Of a DNA stretch of 64,000 nt, positions 1-9,424 are shown piece by piece. The notes under the pieces were generated by a model. The model had not been told where the DNA came from and ran no database searches. It worked only from the letters and a program-made list of their open reading frames with translations. Source of the DNA: Thermoplasmata archaeon (lineage in GTDB: Archaea; Thermoplasmatota; Thermoplasmata; Lutacidiplasmatales; UBA184); contig JAKABH010000001.1 in NCBI GenBank assembly GCA_021801925.1, positions 7,964 to 71,963 on the forward strand, given 5' to 3'. Both the position numbers and the translations under genes were made by a program. Numbering within the stretch: position 1 is the stretch's first letter; each line of letters opens with the position of its first letter.

Positions 1-2
1 TG

Positions 3-386
3 ATCCCGGGTTCGATCCTCCTCGTCGCCGGGTTTCTGTACCTATTCTTCCCCTCCTCGCTTCTCGACAGCTGGGTCGGCCCGCTGGCGATCGTGCTGGC
101 GGCCCTGCTGGCGACGGGGATCGAGATCCCGTACTACCGGTGGGTGGCCCCGATCCACCGGCCGATGAGCACCACGAGCGCCGGTCTGACGGGGGAGGAG
201 GCGACGGTGCTGGTCGCGACCGAGCCGAACACGCTCCGGGGCAAGGTCCGGGTCCGTTCCGAGGTCTGGTCGGCGACCTCGGCCGTCCCGATCCCGGTCG
301 GCACCCGCGTCAAGGTCGTCCACGGGGAGGGGGTTTCGCTCCGCGTGGTGCCGATCGATCCCCCCCCTCCGCCGCCGACCTCGTAG
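3..386 (+). CDS. NfeD-like membrane protein, 5'-truncated by window edge (TM segment plus C-terminal OB-fold domain); partner of stomatin
   Basis: Frame 3 is open from the window start and translates IPGSILLVAGFLYLFF...GIEIPYYRWV...VKVVHGEGVSLRVVPID. Hydrophobic N-part plus beta-rich C-part directly upstream of an SPFH gene, which is the classic NfeD-stomatin operon. Confidence 0.7.
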   Translation: MPGSILLVAGFLYLFFPSSLLDSWVGPLAIVLAALLATGIEIPYYRWVAPIHRPMSTTSAGLTGEEATVLVATEPNTLRGKVRVRSEVWSATSAVPIPVGTRVKVVHGEGVSLRVVPIDPPPPPPTS

Positions 387-440
387 GGAAAGCATAACAC
401 CCCCCCGCGGCTGCGGTCCTTCCGTCCGAGGACGTACACC

Positions 441-1703
441 GTGGACGCTGCGACCGCGACCCTCATCACCGTTGGGCTGTTTTTCTTCTTCCTGATCCTG
501 ATCGTCTTGCTCTACCGGGCGATCTACACGCTGCAGCCGTACCAGAACGGCATCCAGACGCTCTACGGATCGTACAAGCGGATCCTCAACCCGGGGTTCA
601 ACGTCGTGAGCCCGCTGTCGACGGTGATGAAGATCGACCTCCGTACCCAGGTCCTGGAGGTCCCCCGCCAGGAGGTCATCACCAAGGACAACTCCCCGAC
701 GAACGTCGATGCGATCATCTACATCAAGGTCGTCGACGCCCCGAAGGCGATCTTCCAGGTTCAGGACTACCACGTCGCCACGGTCGCCCTCGCCCAGACG
801 ACCCTGCGGTCGATCATCGGCGACATGGAGCTCGACGAGGTGCTCTACAACCGCGAGCGGATCAACACCCGGCTCCGGGACATCCTCGACGAGGCGACCG
901 ACAAGTGGGGCGTCCGCGTCGACGCGGTCGAGATCAAGGAGGTCGACCCGGTCGGTCCGGTCAAGGCGGCGATGGAGGAGCAGACCTCCGCCGAACGCCA
1001 GCGGCGGGCCGCGGTCCTGCGCGCGGACGGTGAGAAGCGGAGTGCGATCTTGGTCGCCGAGGGGAACAAACGGTCGCGCATCCTGCAGGCGGAGGGGGTC
1101 CGGCAATCCCAGATCCTCGAGGCCGAGGGGGCCCGGGTGGCGACGATCCTCGAGGCGCAGGGAGAGGCCCAGCGCCTGCGGATCCTCGCGCTCGGTGCCG
1201 GCGTCCTCGACTCGAAGGCGCTGACCGTCCTCTCGCTGGACACCGTCTCGAACCTGGGCAACGGACAAGCGACGAAGATCCTTTTCCCGTTCGAATTCTC
1301 GCGGATCGTGGAAGGGGCCGCCGAGTACCTTGGCGCGGGCCGGCAGGTCCCCGATCGCCCGCTCAACAGCCTATCCGAGCTCGAACACCAGGTCGGCACG
1401 ATGGACGAGATCTTGGGCCCGATCCCGAAGCAGGACGAGCTCATGAGCGAGATCCGCTCCATCGAGGAGGAGATCAAGGCCGAGACGGACGAGTCGACCG
1501 CCATGGCCGTCGGCGCCAAGTCCAAGGATTCCACGATCCCGGGTCTCCCCCAGCCGGACGTGGTCGCCCCGCCGCCCCCAGTGTCCCCCCCCGCGGGCCA
1601 CCCGGGCGCGGCGGCGCACCTGGTCCCCCCTCCGCCCCCGCCCGCATCGCCGGGCGCCCCCACGACCCCGGCGCGGCGACCCCCACCCCCCGAAGGGGCC
1701 TGA
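441..1703 (+). CDS. SPFH/band-7 (stomatin/prohibitin-like) membrane protein with Pro-rich C-terminal tail
   Basis: N-terminal TM (LITVGLFFFFLILIVLL), SPFH core (RTQVLEVPRQEVITKDN...VRVDAVEIKEVDP), coiled-coil EQTSAERQRRAAVLRAEGEKRS repeats, and a C-terminal PPPP low-complexity region. Confidence 0.9.
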   Translation: MDAATATLITVGLFFFFLILIVLLYRAIYTLQPYQNGIQTLYGSYKRILNPGFNVVSPLSTVMKIDLRTQVLEVPRQEVITKDNSPTNVDAIIYIKVVDAPKAIFQVQDYHVATVALAQTTLRSIIGDMELDEVLYNRERINTRLRDILDEATDKWGVRVDAVEIKEVDPVGPVKAAMEEQTSAERQRRAAVLRADGEKRSAILVAEGNKRSRILQAEGVRQSQILEAEGARVATILEAQGEAQRLRILALGAGVLDSKALTVLSLDTVSNLGNGQATKILFPFEFSRIVEGAAEYLGAGRQVPDRPLNSLSELEHQVGTMDEILGPIPKQDELMSEIRSIEEEIKAETDESTAMAVGAKSKDSTIPGLPQPDVVAPPPPVSPPAGHPGAAAHLVPPPPPPASPGAPTTPARRPPPPEGA

Positions 1704-1725
1704 ACGCCCGGGCCGATCCCGCCGC

Positions 1726-1734
1726 CTATAAGGA
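1726..1734 (+). promoter_or_regulatory. Candidate TATA box (CCTATAAGG) ~25 nt upstream of the crotonase ATG; suggests a leaderless transcript
   Basis: Isolated AT-rich octamer in 70% GC sequence at the archaeal -26 distance from the start codon. Confidence 0.4.
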
Positions 1735-1755
1735 GGCGGGGGGCTCCGCCTCCGC

Positions 1756-2550
1756 ATGGCATCCAACGTGCGGGTCGAGCGACGCGGAGCGGTCGAGGAA
1801 GTGCGGATCGCGCGCGCGGATCGGCTGAACGCGCTCGACGTGCCGACGTTCCGCGAGGTGCGCGCCGCGCTCCAGTCGGCCGCCCTCGACCGGGACGTCC
1901 GGTGCGTGCTGCTGACCGGCGACGGGCGGGCGTTTTCCGCCGGCGGGGACGTCGCCGCCATGGACGAGGCCCGGCAGCGGGGCGATCTGCCGAGACTGTT
2001 CCACGAACTCACCGGCGAACAGGAGTCGGCCGTCCGCGAAGTCGTCGGGATGCGGAAGCCGGTCGTCGCCGCCTTGCCCGGCGTCGCGGCCGGCGGCGGC
2101 TTCTCCCTGGCGCTCGCCGCCGACTGGAGGATCGGCTCCGAAGCGGCGGCGTTCGTGCCGGCGTTCCCCGGACTCGGCGCGGTCCCGGACGGGGGCCTTA
2201 CCTACTTCCTGCCCCACTACGTGGGGATCGGGCTCGCCCAGGAGATCCTGCTCACCAACGCCCGCCTGTCGGCCGACAGGGCGCGGGAGCTAGGGCTGCT
2301 GCACGAGATCGTCCCGTCGGCCGAACTCGGGGCGCGCGCCTGGGCGCGGGCGACAGAGTTCGCCGCCGGCCCGACGTTCGCCATCGGCTGGATGAAGCGG
2401 CTGATGCTCTCCGCCTTCTCGGGGAGCCTGGAATCGCAGATGATGCTCGAACGGCGGGGGGCGGTCGAGGCGGCCCGCGGCGCCGAACTGCCCGAGGGGA
2501 TCCGGGCGTTCCGGGAGAAGCGCCGGCCGACGTTCCCGCCCCCGCCGTGA
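1756..2550 (+). CDS. Enoyl-CoA hydratase/isomerase (crotonase) family protein
   Basis: Crotonase-fold motifs RADRLNALD, LLTGDGRAFSAGGDV, and the oxyanion-hole GGG FSLALAAD. Confidence 0.85.
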   Translation: MASNVRVERRGAVEEVRIARADRLNALDVPTFREVRAALQSAALDRDVRCVLLTGDGRAFSAGGDVAAMDEARQRGDLPRLFHELTGEQESAVREVVGMRKPVVAALPGVAAGGGFSLALAADWRIGSEAAAFVPAFPGLGAVPDGGLTYFLPHYVGIGLAQEILLTNARLSADRARELGLLHEIVPSAELGARAWARATEFAAGPTFAIGWMKRLMLSAFSGSLESQMMLERRGAVEAARGAELPEGIRAFREKRRPTFPPPP

Positions 2551-2557
2551 CGTTCGG

Positions 2558-3904
2558 CTATCGATCGGGCGTCGCCGAAAGCGGGGCGAGCGTGGGTCCC
2601 TCCCCGCCGAACGGGCGCACGATCCACGCCTCGAGCCGCCCCCGGACCGTCGGCCACTCCGGGGCGAGGATGCTGAAGTACTCGGAGGTGCGGTAGGTCT
2701 CCCCCTCGAGGCGCACGTGCTCCCGCAGCGCCCCCTCGGGCACGGCGCCGAGGCGCCGGATCGCCCGCTGCGAGCGCTCGTTCCGCCGGTCGGCCTTCAG
2801 CTGCACCCGATGGACCCGCTCCGTCTCGAACGCGTGGCGGAGCAGGAGGTACTTCGCCTCCGTGTTCACGGGCGTCCTCCAGACGGAGGGGTGGAGCCAG
2901 GTCCCGATCTCGACGCCGCGGTCGCCGCGACGGATGTCGAGATATCGGATCGTCCCGACCGTGCGGGGCGGGTCGCCGACCTGGACCACGAACGGGAGAA
3001 GCTCGCCCCGCGCCCGCTCCGCGAGAAACTCCTCCACGAGCCGGCGCATGGCGTCGGGGGAGTCCCCGTGCCGGATCCGCATGAACTCCCAGATCGCGGG
3101 ATCGGCGCCGGCGTCGATCAGCCCGGCCAGGTGCGAGGCCGCGAGCGGGACGAGCCGGACCCATCGTCCCCGGAGCTCGACGGCGTCGCGGAACGAGGTG
3201 GCGGGTAGTACCGTGACCGGTGGTCGGTCGCTCCCCGGCCCGACCGATCCGTCCGGGGCGGCCGGGGGGTAGGAGGAGGCCGCCCTCGGCGGGCGGGGGT
3301 TCCAGGGCCGTTCGAGCGCCGAGTCGAGCCGGGCGCGGGCGGCGGGCCACTCCGCCTCGAGCACGGCGAAGTAGGCGGTCGAGCGGTACGTGCCGTCGGC
3401 CCGCAGGGAATCGTCCCGCAACGTCGCCTCGCGGACGGCCCCGAGCCGCTCGATCGAGCGGAGGGCATCGAGGTCCCGTTCGTCGGTCCGGAACTGTACC
3501 CGGTGCGCCCGCTCCGTTTCGAACGCGTGGCCGAGCAGCAGCCGCGAAACTTCGATCTCCGCCGGCGAACCCTCCTCGGCCGGATCGAAGAGCGTCTCCC
3601 CGATCTCGACGACCCCGTTCGGACGGTCGATCGGACCGAAGCCGGTCGCGCCCAGGATCCGACCTCCCGTGCGGGAGCAAATCGCAACGACCTGGGCCCG
3701 TCCGGCGGCCTGTTCGGCCAGGACCGCCCGTATCGCCTCCGCGGCCCCGGCGCCCGTCCGACCGAAGCGGATCCAACCGGTCCGGACGATAGCGGGACCG
3801 CGCAGCAGGGCCGCCAACGGCTCGGCATGGTCGACCGACAACGGGACCAATTCCACGAACCGGCCGGTCAGGGCAAGCGGGGAGCGGAAGCTCGATTCGT
3901 CCAC
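2558..3904 (-). CDS. Tandem-duplicated GNAT (RimJ/RimL-like) N-acetyltransferase, two complete GNAT domains in one polypeptide
   Basis: Two repeats of the same architecture (L.LRPL..D...L...L.DP.V...W...LLLRHAFETERVHRVQ...N.RS.RA.ERLG), each ~200 aa. Confidence 0.75.
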   Translation of the reverse strand: MDESSFRSPLALTGRFVELVPLSVDHAEPLAALLRGPAIVRTGWIRFGRTGAGAAEAIRAVLAEQAAGRAQVVAICSRTGGRILGATGFGPIDRPNGVVEIGETLFDPAEEGSPAEIEVSRLLLGHAFETERAHRVQFRTDERDLDALRSIERLGAVREATLRDDSLRADGTYRSTAYFAVLEAEWPAARARLDSALERPWNPRPPRAASSYPPAAPDGSVGPGSDRPPVTVLPATSFRDAVELRGRWVRLVPLAASHLAGLIDAGADPAIWEFMRIRHGDSPDAMRRLVEEFLAERARGELLPFVVQVGDPPRTVGTIRYLDIRRGDRGVEIGTWLHPSVWRTPVNTEAKYLLLRHAFETERVHRVQLKADRRNERSQRAIRRLGAVPEGALREHVRLEGETYRTSEYFSILAPEWPTVRGRLEAWIVRPFGGEGPTLAPLSATPDR

Positions 3905-4000
3905 CCGGCCCCGAACGGGCGGGCGGCTAAAGCCCGGCGCCCCGGTCGCCGTCGAATCCGGGGGGCGTCACCGTCAGGAACCGAAGCGAATCCGGCAGGG

Positions 4001-4010
4001 CTTAAATAAC
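4001..4010 (+). promoter_or_regulatory. Candidate BRE/TATA (CTTAAATAAC) for the nuo operon
   Basis: Only AT-rich element in the 145-bp divergent intergenic region, ~45 nt upstream of the nuoA start. Confidence 0.45.
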
Positions 4011-4049
4011 GTGGAAGAGTCGCACGGGACGCTAGCGGTCTAGCCGGAG

Positions 4050-4424
4050 GTGGAGGCAGTGGAAGCAGGGGTCACAACCTTCCTGGTGTTCGTCGGGATC
4101 GCGGCCGTCTTCGGCGTTGGATCGATCGTCGCCAACCGGACCCTCGGCGCTCCCCCCCGCCGGTCGTACCTGCAGCGGACGACGTACGAATGCGGCGAGG
4201 AGGCGGAGGGGGAGGCGCAGATCGACTTCCCCACCCAGCACTACACGTTCGCGATCGTTTTCGTGGCGGTCGACGTCCTCGGCTTTCTGCTCGCCCTCTG
4301 GGGGCTCACCTTCCGGGGCGTCAACTCGAGCTGGTACCCGGTCTTCATCGCGCTGGCCTTCACCGCCCTAGCGGTCACGGGAATTTACTACGCGCTGAGC
4401 GGCGAAAAGCGGTGGGTCGTATGA
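4050..4424 (+). CDS. nuoA: NADH-quinone oxidoreductase subunit A
   Basis: 3-TM small subunit with NuoA/ND3 signature ([19 protein letters not shown]...[11 protein letters not shown]). Confidence 0.9.
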   Translation: MEAVEAGVTTFLVFVGIAAVFGVGSIVANRTLGAPPRRSYLQRTTYECGEEAEGEAQIDFPTQHYTFAIVFVAVDVLGFLLALWGLTFRGVNSSWYPVFIALAFTALAVTGIYYALSGEKRWVV

Positions 4425-5044
4425 GCGCCCCGCCCGCCCCCCCGATGCCGCGAACCGCCGGATCGGCCGCCGAGGCGTATCGGCTCGAGGGGGAGCTCCC
4501 GATGGTCGAGCAGCCCGCGGTGCCGTTCGTCGAGATCGAGACGGTCCGGGCCCGCGAGTTCATCCCCGCCGCCAAGGAGGCGTTCGGCGCGCTGATCGCC
4601 GAGCAGGGGCAGGCGAAGCTGATCCGCCCGACGTTCAACTGGGCCGGCCGAAACTCGCTGTTCCCCCTCCACTGGGGCCTCGCCTGCTGCGCCATCGAGT
4701 TTGCCAGCGCCTTCTCCGCCCGATGGGACTCGGAGCGGTTCGGGATCGTCCCCCGTTCCTCCCCCCGGCAATGCGACCTCATGATCGTCAACGGCACCGT
4801 GACATGGAAGGTCGCCCACAAGCTCATCACCCTCTACGAACAGATGCCCGAACCGAAGTGGGTGATCGCGATGGGGAACTGCGCCACCGGCGGCGGGCCG
4901 TTCCGGACCGCCTACTCGGTCGTCCCCGGCGTCGACAAGCTCGTCCCCGTCGACGTCTACATCGCGGGCTGCCCGCCCCGGCCCGAGGCGATGATCGACG
5001 GGATCCTCCGACTGGAAGAACTGATCCGGGAGCGCCGGGAGTAG
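4421..5044 (+). CDS. nuoB: NADH-quinone oxidoreductase subunit B (N2 [4Fe-4S] cluster subunit)
   Basis: [13 protein letters not shown]...[11 protein letters not shown]...IAGCPPRPE. Start set at the ATG overlapping the nuoA stop (ATGA); the upstream Gly/Arg-rich part of the track ORF is rejected. Confidence 0.9.
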   Translation: MSAPPAPPMPRTAGSAAEAYRLEGELPMVEQPAVPFVEIETVRAREFIPAAKEAFGALIAEQGQAKLIRPTFNWAGRNSLFPLHWGLACCAIEFASAFSARWDSERFGIVPRSSPRQCDLMIVNGTVTWKVAHKLITLYEQMPEPKWVIAMGNCATGGGPFRTAYSVVPGVDKLVPVDVYIAGCPPRPEAMIDGILRLEELIRERRE

Positions 5045-5073
5045 GGGCCGCGGCGCCGGCGCGGGGAGCGGAG

Positions 5074-5550
5074 ATGCAGTCGGACGACGTGGCCCGAACG
5101 GTCGCCGCCCAGATCGGCGAGCGCTTCCTCGGATTGGAGCCGTTTCCCCGGACCGCCGGGCGGCTCCGGTTCCGCTCGGAGGCGGCGCTGCCGCTCTTTC
5201 ACACCGTCAAGGAGCAGCTCGGCTTCCACCACCTGTCGATGGTCGGCGGGATCGACTGGGTGACGCATCGCGAGGTCTTCTACGTCGTCTGGTCGGACGA
5301 TCGCCGCCAGTACCTGCTCCTCTCCGCCGATCTTCCCGCCGCCGCACCGCACATCGAGTCGGCCGCCTCGGTCTGGCCGGCGGCGAACTGGCACGAGCGG
5401 GAGACGTGGGAGCTCGTCGACATCCAGTTCGACCACCACCCGGACCTGCGGCACCTCCTCCTCCCCGACGGCTACGAGGCCCACCCGCTGCTCCGCTCGT
5501 TCCAACTCCACGAGCCGGAGGAACTGGAGGTGAAGCAGCGCAGTGTCTGA
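5074..5550 (+). CDS. nuoC: NADH-quinone oxidoreductase subunit C (30-kDa subunit)
   Basis: NuoC/Nqo5 core (HLSMVGGIDW...FYVVWSDDRRQYLLL...ANWHERETWEL). Confidence 0.85.
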   Translation: MQSDDVARTVAAQIGERFLGLEPFPRTAGRLRFRSEAALPLFHTVKEQLGFHHLSMVGGIDWVTHREVFYVVWSDDRRQYLLLSADLPAAAPHIESAASVWPAANWHERETWELVDIQFDHHPDLRHLLLPDGYEAHPLLRSFQLHEPEELEVKQRSV

Positions 5551-6688
5551 GATGTGGATCAACATGGGGCCCCAGCACCCCATGACGCACGGCCTCTGGA
5601 ACCTCCGCGTGAAGATCGACGGGGAGCTCATCACCGACTGCGACCCCGAGATGGGCTATCTGCACCGCGGGATCGAGAAGATCAGCGAGGACCGGCACTA
5701 CAACGAGGTGATCACCCTCATGGACCGGACCTGCTACGTCGCGGGATTCGCGTGGGAGCACCTCTACGTCCTCGCCGCGGAGGAGGCGCTCCACATCCAG
5801 CCGCCCGAGCGGGCGGAGTACCTCCGCACCCTCTGCGAGGAGTTCCAGCGGATCGGCTCCCACCTCATGTGGTACGCCGCGTTCGTCCAGGACATCGGGC
5901 TGATGAGCCCGTTCCTCTACGGCATGCGCGACCGCGACCTGGTCCTCGACCTCTTCCAGAGCTACACCGGGGCGCGCATGACCTACGAGTACATGCGGGT
6001 CGGCGGGGTGCGCAACGACCTCCCGCCCGGCTTCACGGGCCACGCCCGCAAGGTCCTGGACTGGCTCAGCGACCGCTTCGTCGAATACGACCGGCTCTGC
6101 CTCGGCTCCGACATCTTCCGAAAGCGCTGCGACGGGCTGGGGGTCCTCTCCGCGGCCGACTGCGTCGCGACCGGCGTCACCGGGCCGATGCTCCGCTCCG
6201 CCGGCGTGAAGCGGGACGTGCGACGGGACCGGCCCTACGCGGCCTACCCGCAGCTCGACTTCGACGTCGCCGTCGCGGACGGGGCCGACGTGACCGCCCG
6301 CTACCTCGTGCGGATGGAGGAGATGCGGCAGTCGGTCCGCCTCCTCCGCCAGGTCCTGGACTGGCTCGACCACCACCCGGGCCCGGTCCTCGCGGATCGC
6401 CTCCCCCGGTGGCTCGGCGCCCCGTACGCCCCGGTCGGCAAGGAGGAGTACGTCCTCAAGCGGAACTACCCCAAGGGGGTCGGCTTCTCCTCCATCGAGG
6501 AGCCTCACGGGGAGGCGCAGGCCTACGTGGTGAACGAGGGATCCGAGCATCCGTACCGCGTGAAGTTCCGCTCCCCCGTCTTCGCGAACCTCTCCGCGAC
6601 GCGCCACTACCTGGTCGGCTACCGCGTCGCCGACATCCCGCCGATCATGGGCAGCGTCGACATCTGCGTCGGGGAGGTCGACCGGTAG
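5543..6688 (+). CDS. nuoD: NADH-quinone oxidoreductase subunit D (49-kDa subunit)
   Basis: MWINMGPQHP, GYLHRGIEK, and the C-terminal RSPVFANL. Start GTG 5543 or ATG 5552. Confidence 0.92.
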   Translation: MSEMWINMGPQHPMTHGLWNLRVKIDGELITDCDPEMGYLHRGIEKISEDRHYNEVITLMDRTCYVAGFAWEHLYVLAAEEALHIQPPERAEYLRTLCEEFQRIGSHLMWYAAFVQDIGLMSPFLYGMRDRDLVLDLFQSYTGARMTYEYMRVGGVRNDLPPGFTGHARKVLDWLSDRFVEYDRLCLGSDIFRKRCDGLGVLSAADCVATGVTGPMLRSAGVKRDVRRDRPYAAYPQLDFDVAVADGADVTARYLVRMEEMRQSVRLLRQVLDWLDHHPGPVLADRLPRWLGAPYAPVGKEEYVLKRNYPKGVGFSSIEEPHGEAQAYVVNEGSEHPYRVKFRSPVFANLSATRHYLVGYRVADIPPIMGSVDICVGEVDR

Positions 6689-6694
6689 GCGCCG

Positions 6695-7825
6695 ATGTCG
6701 AGCCTGTCGCTCTACGGGGTCTCCTTCGACCTCGTCCACCTCCTGCTCACGTCGATCGGCTCCGTCCTGCCGTACCCGCTCGACGCCTGGATCACCAACG
6801 GCACGCTCGTCCTCGTCCTCTCGGTCCTGGTCTTCGCCGCGATCCTCCTCGCCGCGAGCATGATCAACACCATCGTGCTGATCTGGTGGGAACGGAAGCT
6901 CCTCGGCCGCTTCATGGACCGGCGCGGCGCGATGCACGTGGGCTACGCGGGGCTCCTCCAGAACTTCGCGGACGGCCTCAAGCTGTTCCGCAAGCACACC
7001 TTCAAGCCGGCCGAGGCGGACACCCTCGGCTTCTTCTCGGGCCCCACCGCCTACATGGTCACGTCGATGATCCTCTTCGGCGTCCTGCCGATCTCCACGG
7101 GTTGGAACTCGGGGTCGCTCCCGCTGAGCCTGCTTCTTGCCCTCGCGATCTTCTCCTTCGCCCCGCTGTTCATCTTCGTCAGCGCGTGGTCGTCCAACAA
7201 CAAGTACTCCCTGATGGGCGGGATGCGCTCCGCCGCCCAGATGATCGCCTACGAGGTGCCGCTCCTGCTGGCGGTCGTCGCCGTCGTGATCGTCTCGGGG
7301 TCGTTCGACCTCACGACGATCGTCACGGAGCAGCAGAACTACTGGTTCTGGGGCCCGCTGTTCCTCGCGCTGGTCGTCTTCGTGGCGGGGATGCTCGCGG
7401 AGATGGAGCGGATCCCGTTCGACCTTCCCGAGGCGGAAGCCGAGCTCGTGGAGGGGTGGAACACCGAGTACGGCGGCATGCTGTTCGCCTTCTTCATGCT
7501 CGCCGACTACCTCCGCGGCCTGGTCGGGAGCTTCCTGGTCGTCCTCCTGTTCCTCGGGGGCTGGACGATGCCGAGCTGGGTGCCGGGGGCGCTCACCAAC
7601 TTCCCGCTCGCCGGGATCTTCTGGTTCTTGGTGAAGACCTACCTGGTCTTCGGGCTCTTCGTCTGGATCCGGGCGTCGCTGCCCCGGGTGCGGACCGACC
7701 AGTTGCTGCGCGTCGGCTGGAACCGGATGATCCCGCTGAGCCTGGCGGCGGTCTTCCTGGCCGCGGCGCTGGTGACCGTCAAGTGCCTCCCCGTCTTCGG
7801 CTGCCTGCCGTCCCCGGGGGTGTGA
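6695..7825 (+). CDS. nuoH: NADH-quinone oxidoreductase subunit H
   Basis: Polytopic membrane protein carrying NuoH/ND1 motifs (IWWERKLLGRFMDRRG, GLLQNFADGLKLF, EAEAELVEGWNTEYGGM). Confidence 0.92.
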   Translation: MSSLSLYGVSFDLVHLLLTSIGSVLPYPLDAWITNGTLVLVLSVLVFAAILLAASMINTIVLIWWERKLLGRFMDRRGAMHVGYAGLLQNFADGLKLFRKHTFKPAEADTLGFFSGPTAYMVTSMILFGVLPISTGWNSGSLPLSLLLALAIFSFAPLFIFVSAWSSNNKYSLMGGMRSAAQMIAYEVPLLLAVVAVVIVSGSFDLTTIVTEQQNYWFWGPLFLALVVFVAGMLAEMERIPFDLPEAEAELVEGWNTEYGGMLFAFFMLADYLRGLVGSFLVVLLFLGGWTMPSWVPGALTNFPLAGIFWFLVKTYLVFGLFVWIRASLPRVRTDQLLRVGWNRMIPLSLAAVFLAAALVTVKCLPVFGCLPSPGV

Positions 7826-7835
7826 GAGCCGACCG

Positions 7836-8615
7836 ATGACCGAACCGCTCACCGCGACCGAGAAGACGTCCGACAACCCGATCCTGTGGGTCGCGAAGCC
7901 GATGGTGACGGCCGCCCGCCAGTTCGCCCGGAGCCTGCTCCACCCGTCGACGGTCGTCTATCCGTTCGAGCGGCTCGAGGACCCCAAGTTCCGGACCGAG
8001 GTCGGGATCGAGTCCGGCAAGCCGATCGGGGTCGGGCCGATCTGGGACAACTACCGGGGGGTCCACGCGCTCAACATCGACACGTGCATCAGCTGCAACC
8101 TCTGCGCGTTCTCCTGCCCCGACCTGTGCATCGACATGGTGACGGTCCCGGGCGGCGATCCGAAGCATCCGAAGAAGTGCCCCCAGATCGACTACGGGAA
8201 GTGCAGCTACTGCGGCTTCTGCTCGGACGCCTGCCCCGAGGGATGCCTGTCGATGACGACCCGCTACGAGCTCTCCGTCCACTCGCGCCGGGAGATGGTC
8301 TTCCCGCCGGAGAAGCTGTTCGGGATCTACCAGCAGAAGCTCCCGATGAACCCGATCCGCGTCGAGCGGCCGGCGAACGAGGACCGCATCGTCCTCGAGC
8401 CGCCGCTGTGCATCGGATGCAACGCCTGTTCGCGGGACTGCCCGACGAACTGCATCACGATGATGGAGATCCCGAAGCCGGAAGCGAAACCCGGCGAGAA
8501 GCTGCCGAAGCGCATCTGGAAGGAGCCGGTGATCAACGACTCCGATTGCGTCCGGTGCGGCACGTGCATCAGCGTCTGCCCGAAGGAGTGTCTGTTCTGG
8601 GGGAGTCGGAAGTGA
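7836..8615 (+). CDS. nuoI: NADH-quinone oxidoreductase subunit I, extended form with four CxxCxxCxxxCP motifs (predicted 4 x [4Fe-4S])
   Basis: CISCNLCAFSCP, CSYCGFCSDACP, CIGCNACSRDCP, CVRCGTCISVCP; 259 aa versus ~170 aa for a canonical NuoI. Confidence 0.85.
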   Translation: MTEPLTATEKTSDNPILWVAKPMVTAARQFARSLLHPSTVVYPFERLEDPKFRTEVGIESGKPIGVGPIWDNYRGVHALNIDTCISCNLCAFSCPDLCIDMVTVPGGDPKHPKKCPQIDYGKCSYCGFCSDACPEGCLSMTTRYELSVHSRREMVFPPEKLFGIYQQKLPMNPIRVERPANEDRIVLEPPLCIGCNACSRDCPTNCITMMEIPKPEAKPGEKLPKRIWKEPVINDSDCVRCGTCISVCPKECLFWGSRK

Positions 8616-9100
8616 ACCTCGGGGAACTCGCGTTCCTCGCGCTCGCCGCCGTCGCCGTCGCGACGGCGCTCGCGGCGCTGCTCGTCCGCGAGCTCGTCCA
8701 CACGATCCTCTGGATCTCGGTCTTCTTTGTCGACCTCTCGGCGATCTACTTCCTCCTCGCCGCGCCGTTCCTGGGCGTCCTGCAGCTCGGCGTCTACGCC
8801 GGCGCCGTCACCGTCCTGCTCCTCTTCGGCATCATGGTGACGCGGAAGCGGATCTTCTCCCGGGAGGCCGCCGCCGGCCTCGGCCCGGTCCCGCTCGCCC
8901 TCGCGGCGGTGCTGGTCATCTTCCTCGTCTCCGCCGTCGGCCAACTCCCCGCGGGAACGACCCCCGTGACCGGCTACGACCCGTCGGCGCTCTCCGCGGC
9001 GCTGTTCGACACCTACGGCCCCTACCTGCTCCTCCTCGGGCTCGTCATGCTCGGCGGCGTCGCCGGGGCGATCTACCTCGTCCGGGAGGGCCGCGAGTGA
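8612..9100 (+). CDS. nuoJ: NADH-quinone oxidoreductase subunit J
   Basis: GTG start overlapping the nuoI stop; NuoJ-type membrane protein (LVHTILWISVFF...LGVLQLGVYAGAVTVLLLFGIMV). Confidence 0.8.
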   Translation: MNLGELAFLALAAVAVATALAALLVRELVHTILWISVFFVDLSAIYFLLAAPFLGVLQLGVYAGAVTVLLLFGIMVTRKRIFSREAAAGLGPVPLALAAVLVIFLVSAVGQLPAGTTPVTGYDPSALSAALFDTYGPYLLLLGLVMLGGVAGAIYLVREGRE

Positions 9101-9414
9101 CGACCCTTCCGGAGAGCGGCTTCCTGCTCCTCTCGGGGCTGCTGCTCGGGGTCGGGGTCTTCGGCCTGCTCACGCGCCGCAACTTCATCCTGGTCCTCAT
9201 CGCCCTCGAGATCGCGATGAACGCCACGATCCTCAACTTCGTCTACTTCGCGGCGTTCGCCCCGCACGCGGCCGGGCTCTCCGGCCAGGCGATCGCCGTC
9301 GTGCTGATCGGCTTCGCGGCGACCGAGGTCGCCGTCGGGCTCGCGATCGTGCTCGGCCTCAACCGCCTCAAGGGAACGATCGACGTCGCCCAGGGAAACC
9401 TCCTCAAGGAGTAG
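9097..9414 (+). CDS. nuoK: NADH-quinone oxidoreductase subunit K
   Basis: 105-aa 3-TM subunit (LIALEIAMNATILNFV...TEVAVGLAIVLGL). Confidence 0.9.
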   Translation: MTTLPESGFLLLSGLLLGVGVFGLLTRRNFILVLIALEIAMNATILNFVYFAAFAPHAAGLSGQAIAVVLIGFAATEVAVGLAIVLGLNRLKGTIDVAQGNLLKE

Positions 9415-9424
9415 GCACCGACCG

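Noticed and set aside
42-1268. 408-aa minus-strand ORF at the window start
   Set aside because: Antisense to the NfeD and stomatin genes. Shadow-ORF composition.
4190-4420. Upstream extension of nuoB (MRRGGGGGG...)
   Set aside because: Gly/Arg junk overlapping nuoA in another frame. A conserved NuoB start at the ATG overlapping the nuoA stop fits the protein family.
5207-7876. 889-aa minus-strand ORF antisense to nuoC/D/H. Similar giant antisense ORFs occur at 9404-13030, 12858-15260, 17735-20230, 23149-27495, 23910-27431, 28505-30712, 30572-32380, 42718-44250 and 47953-49467.
   Set aside because: The translations are Arg/Gly/Asp/Pro low-complexity with no motifs. Each lies opposite a gene with unambiguous family signatures. 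Long stop-free antisense frames are expected at ~70% GC.
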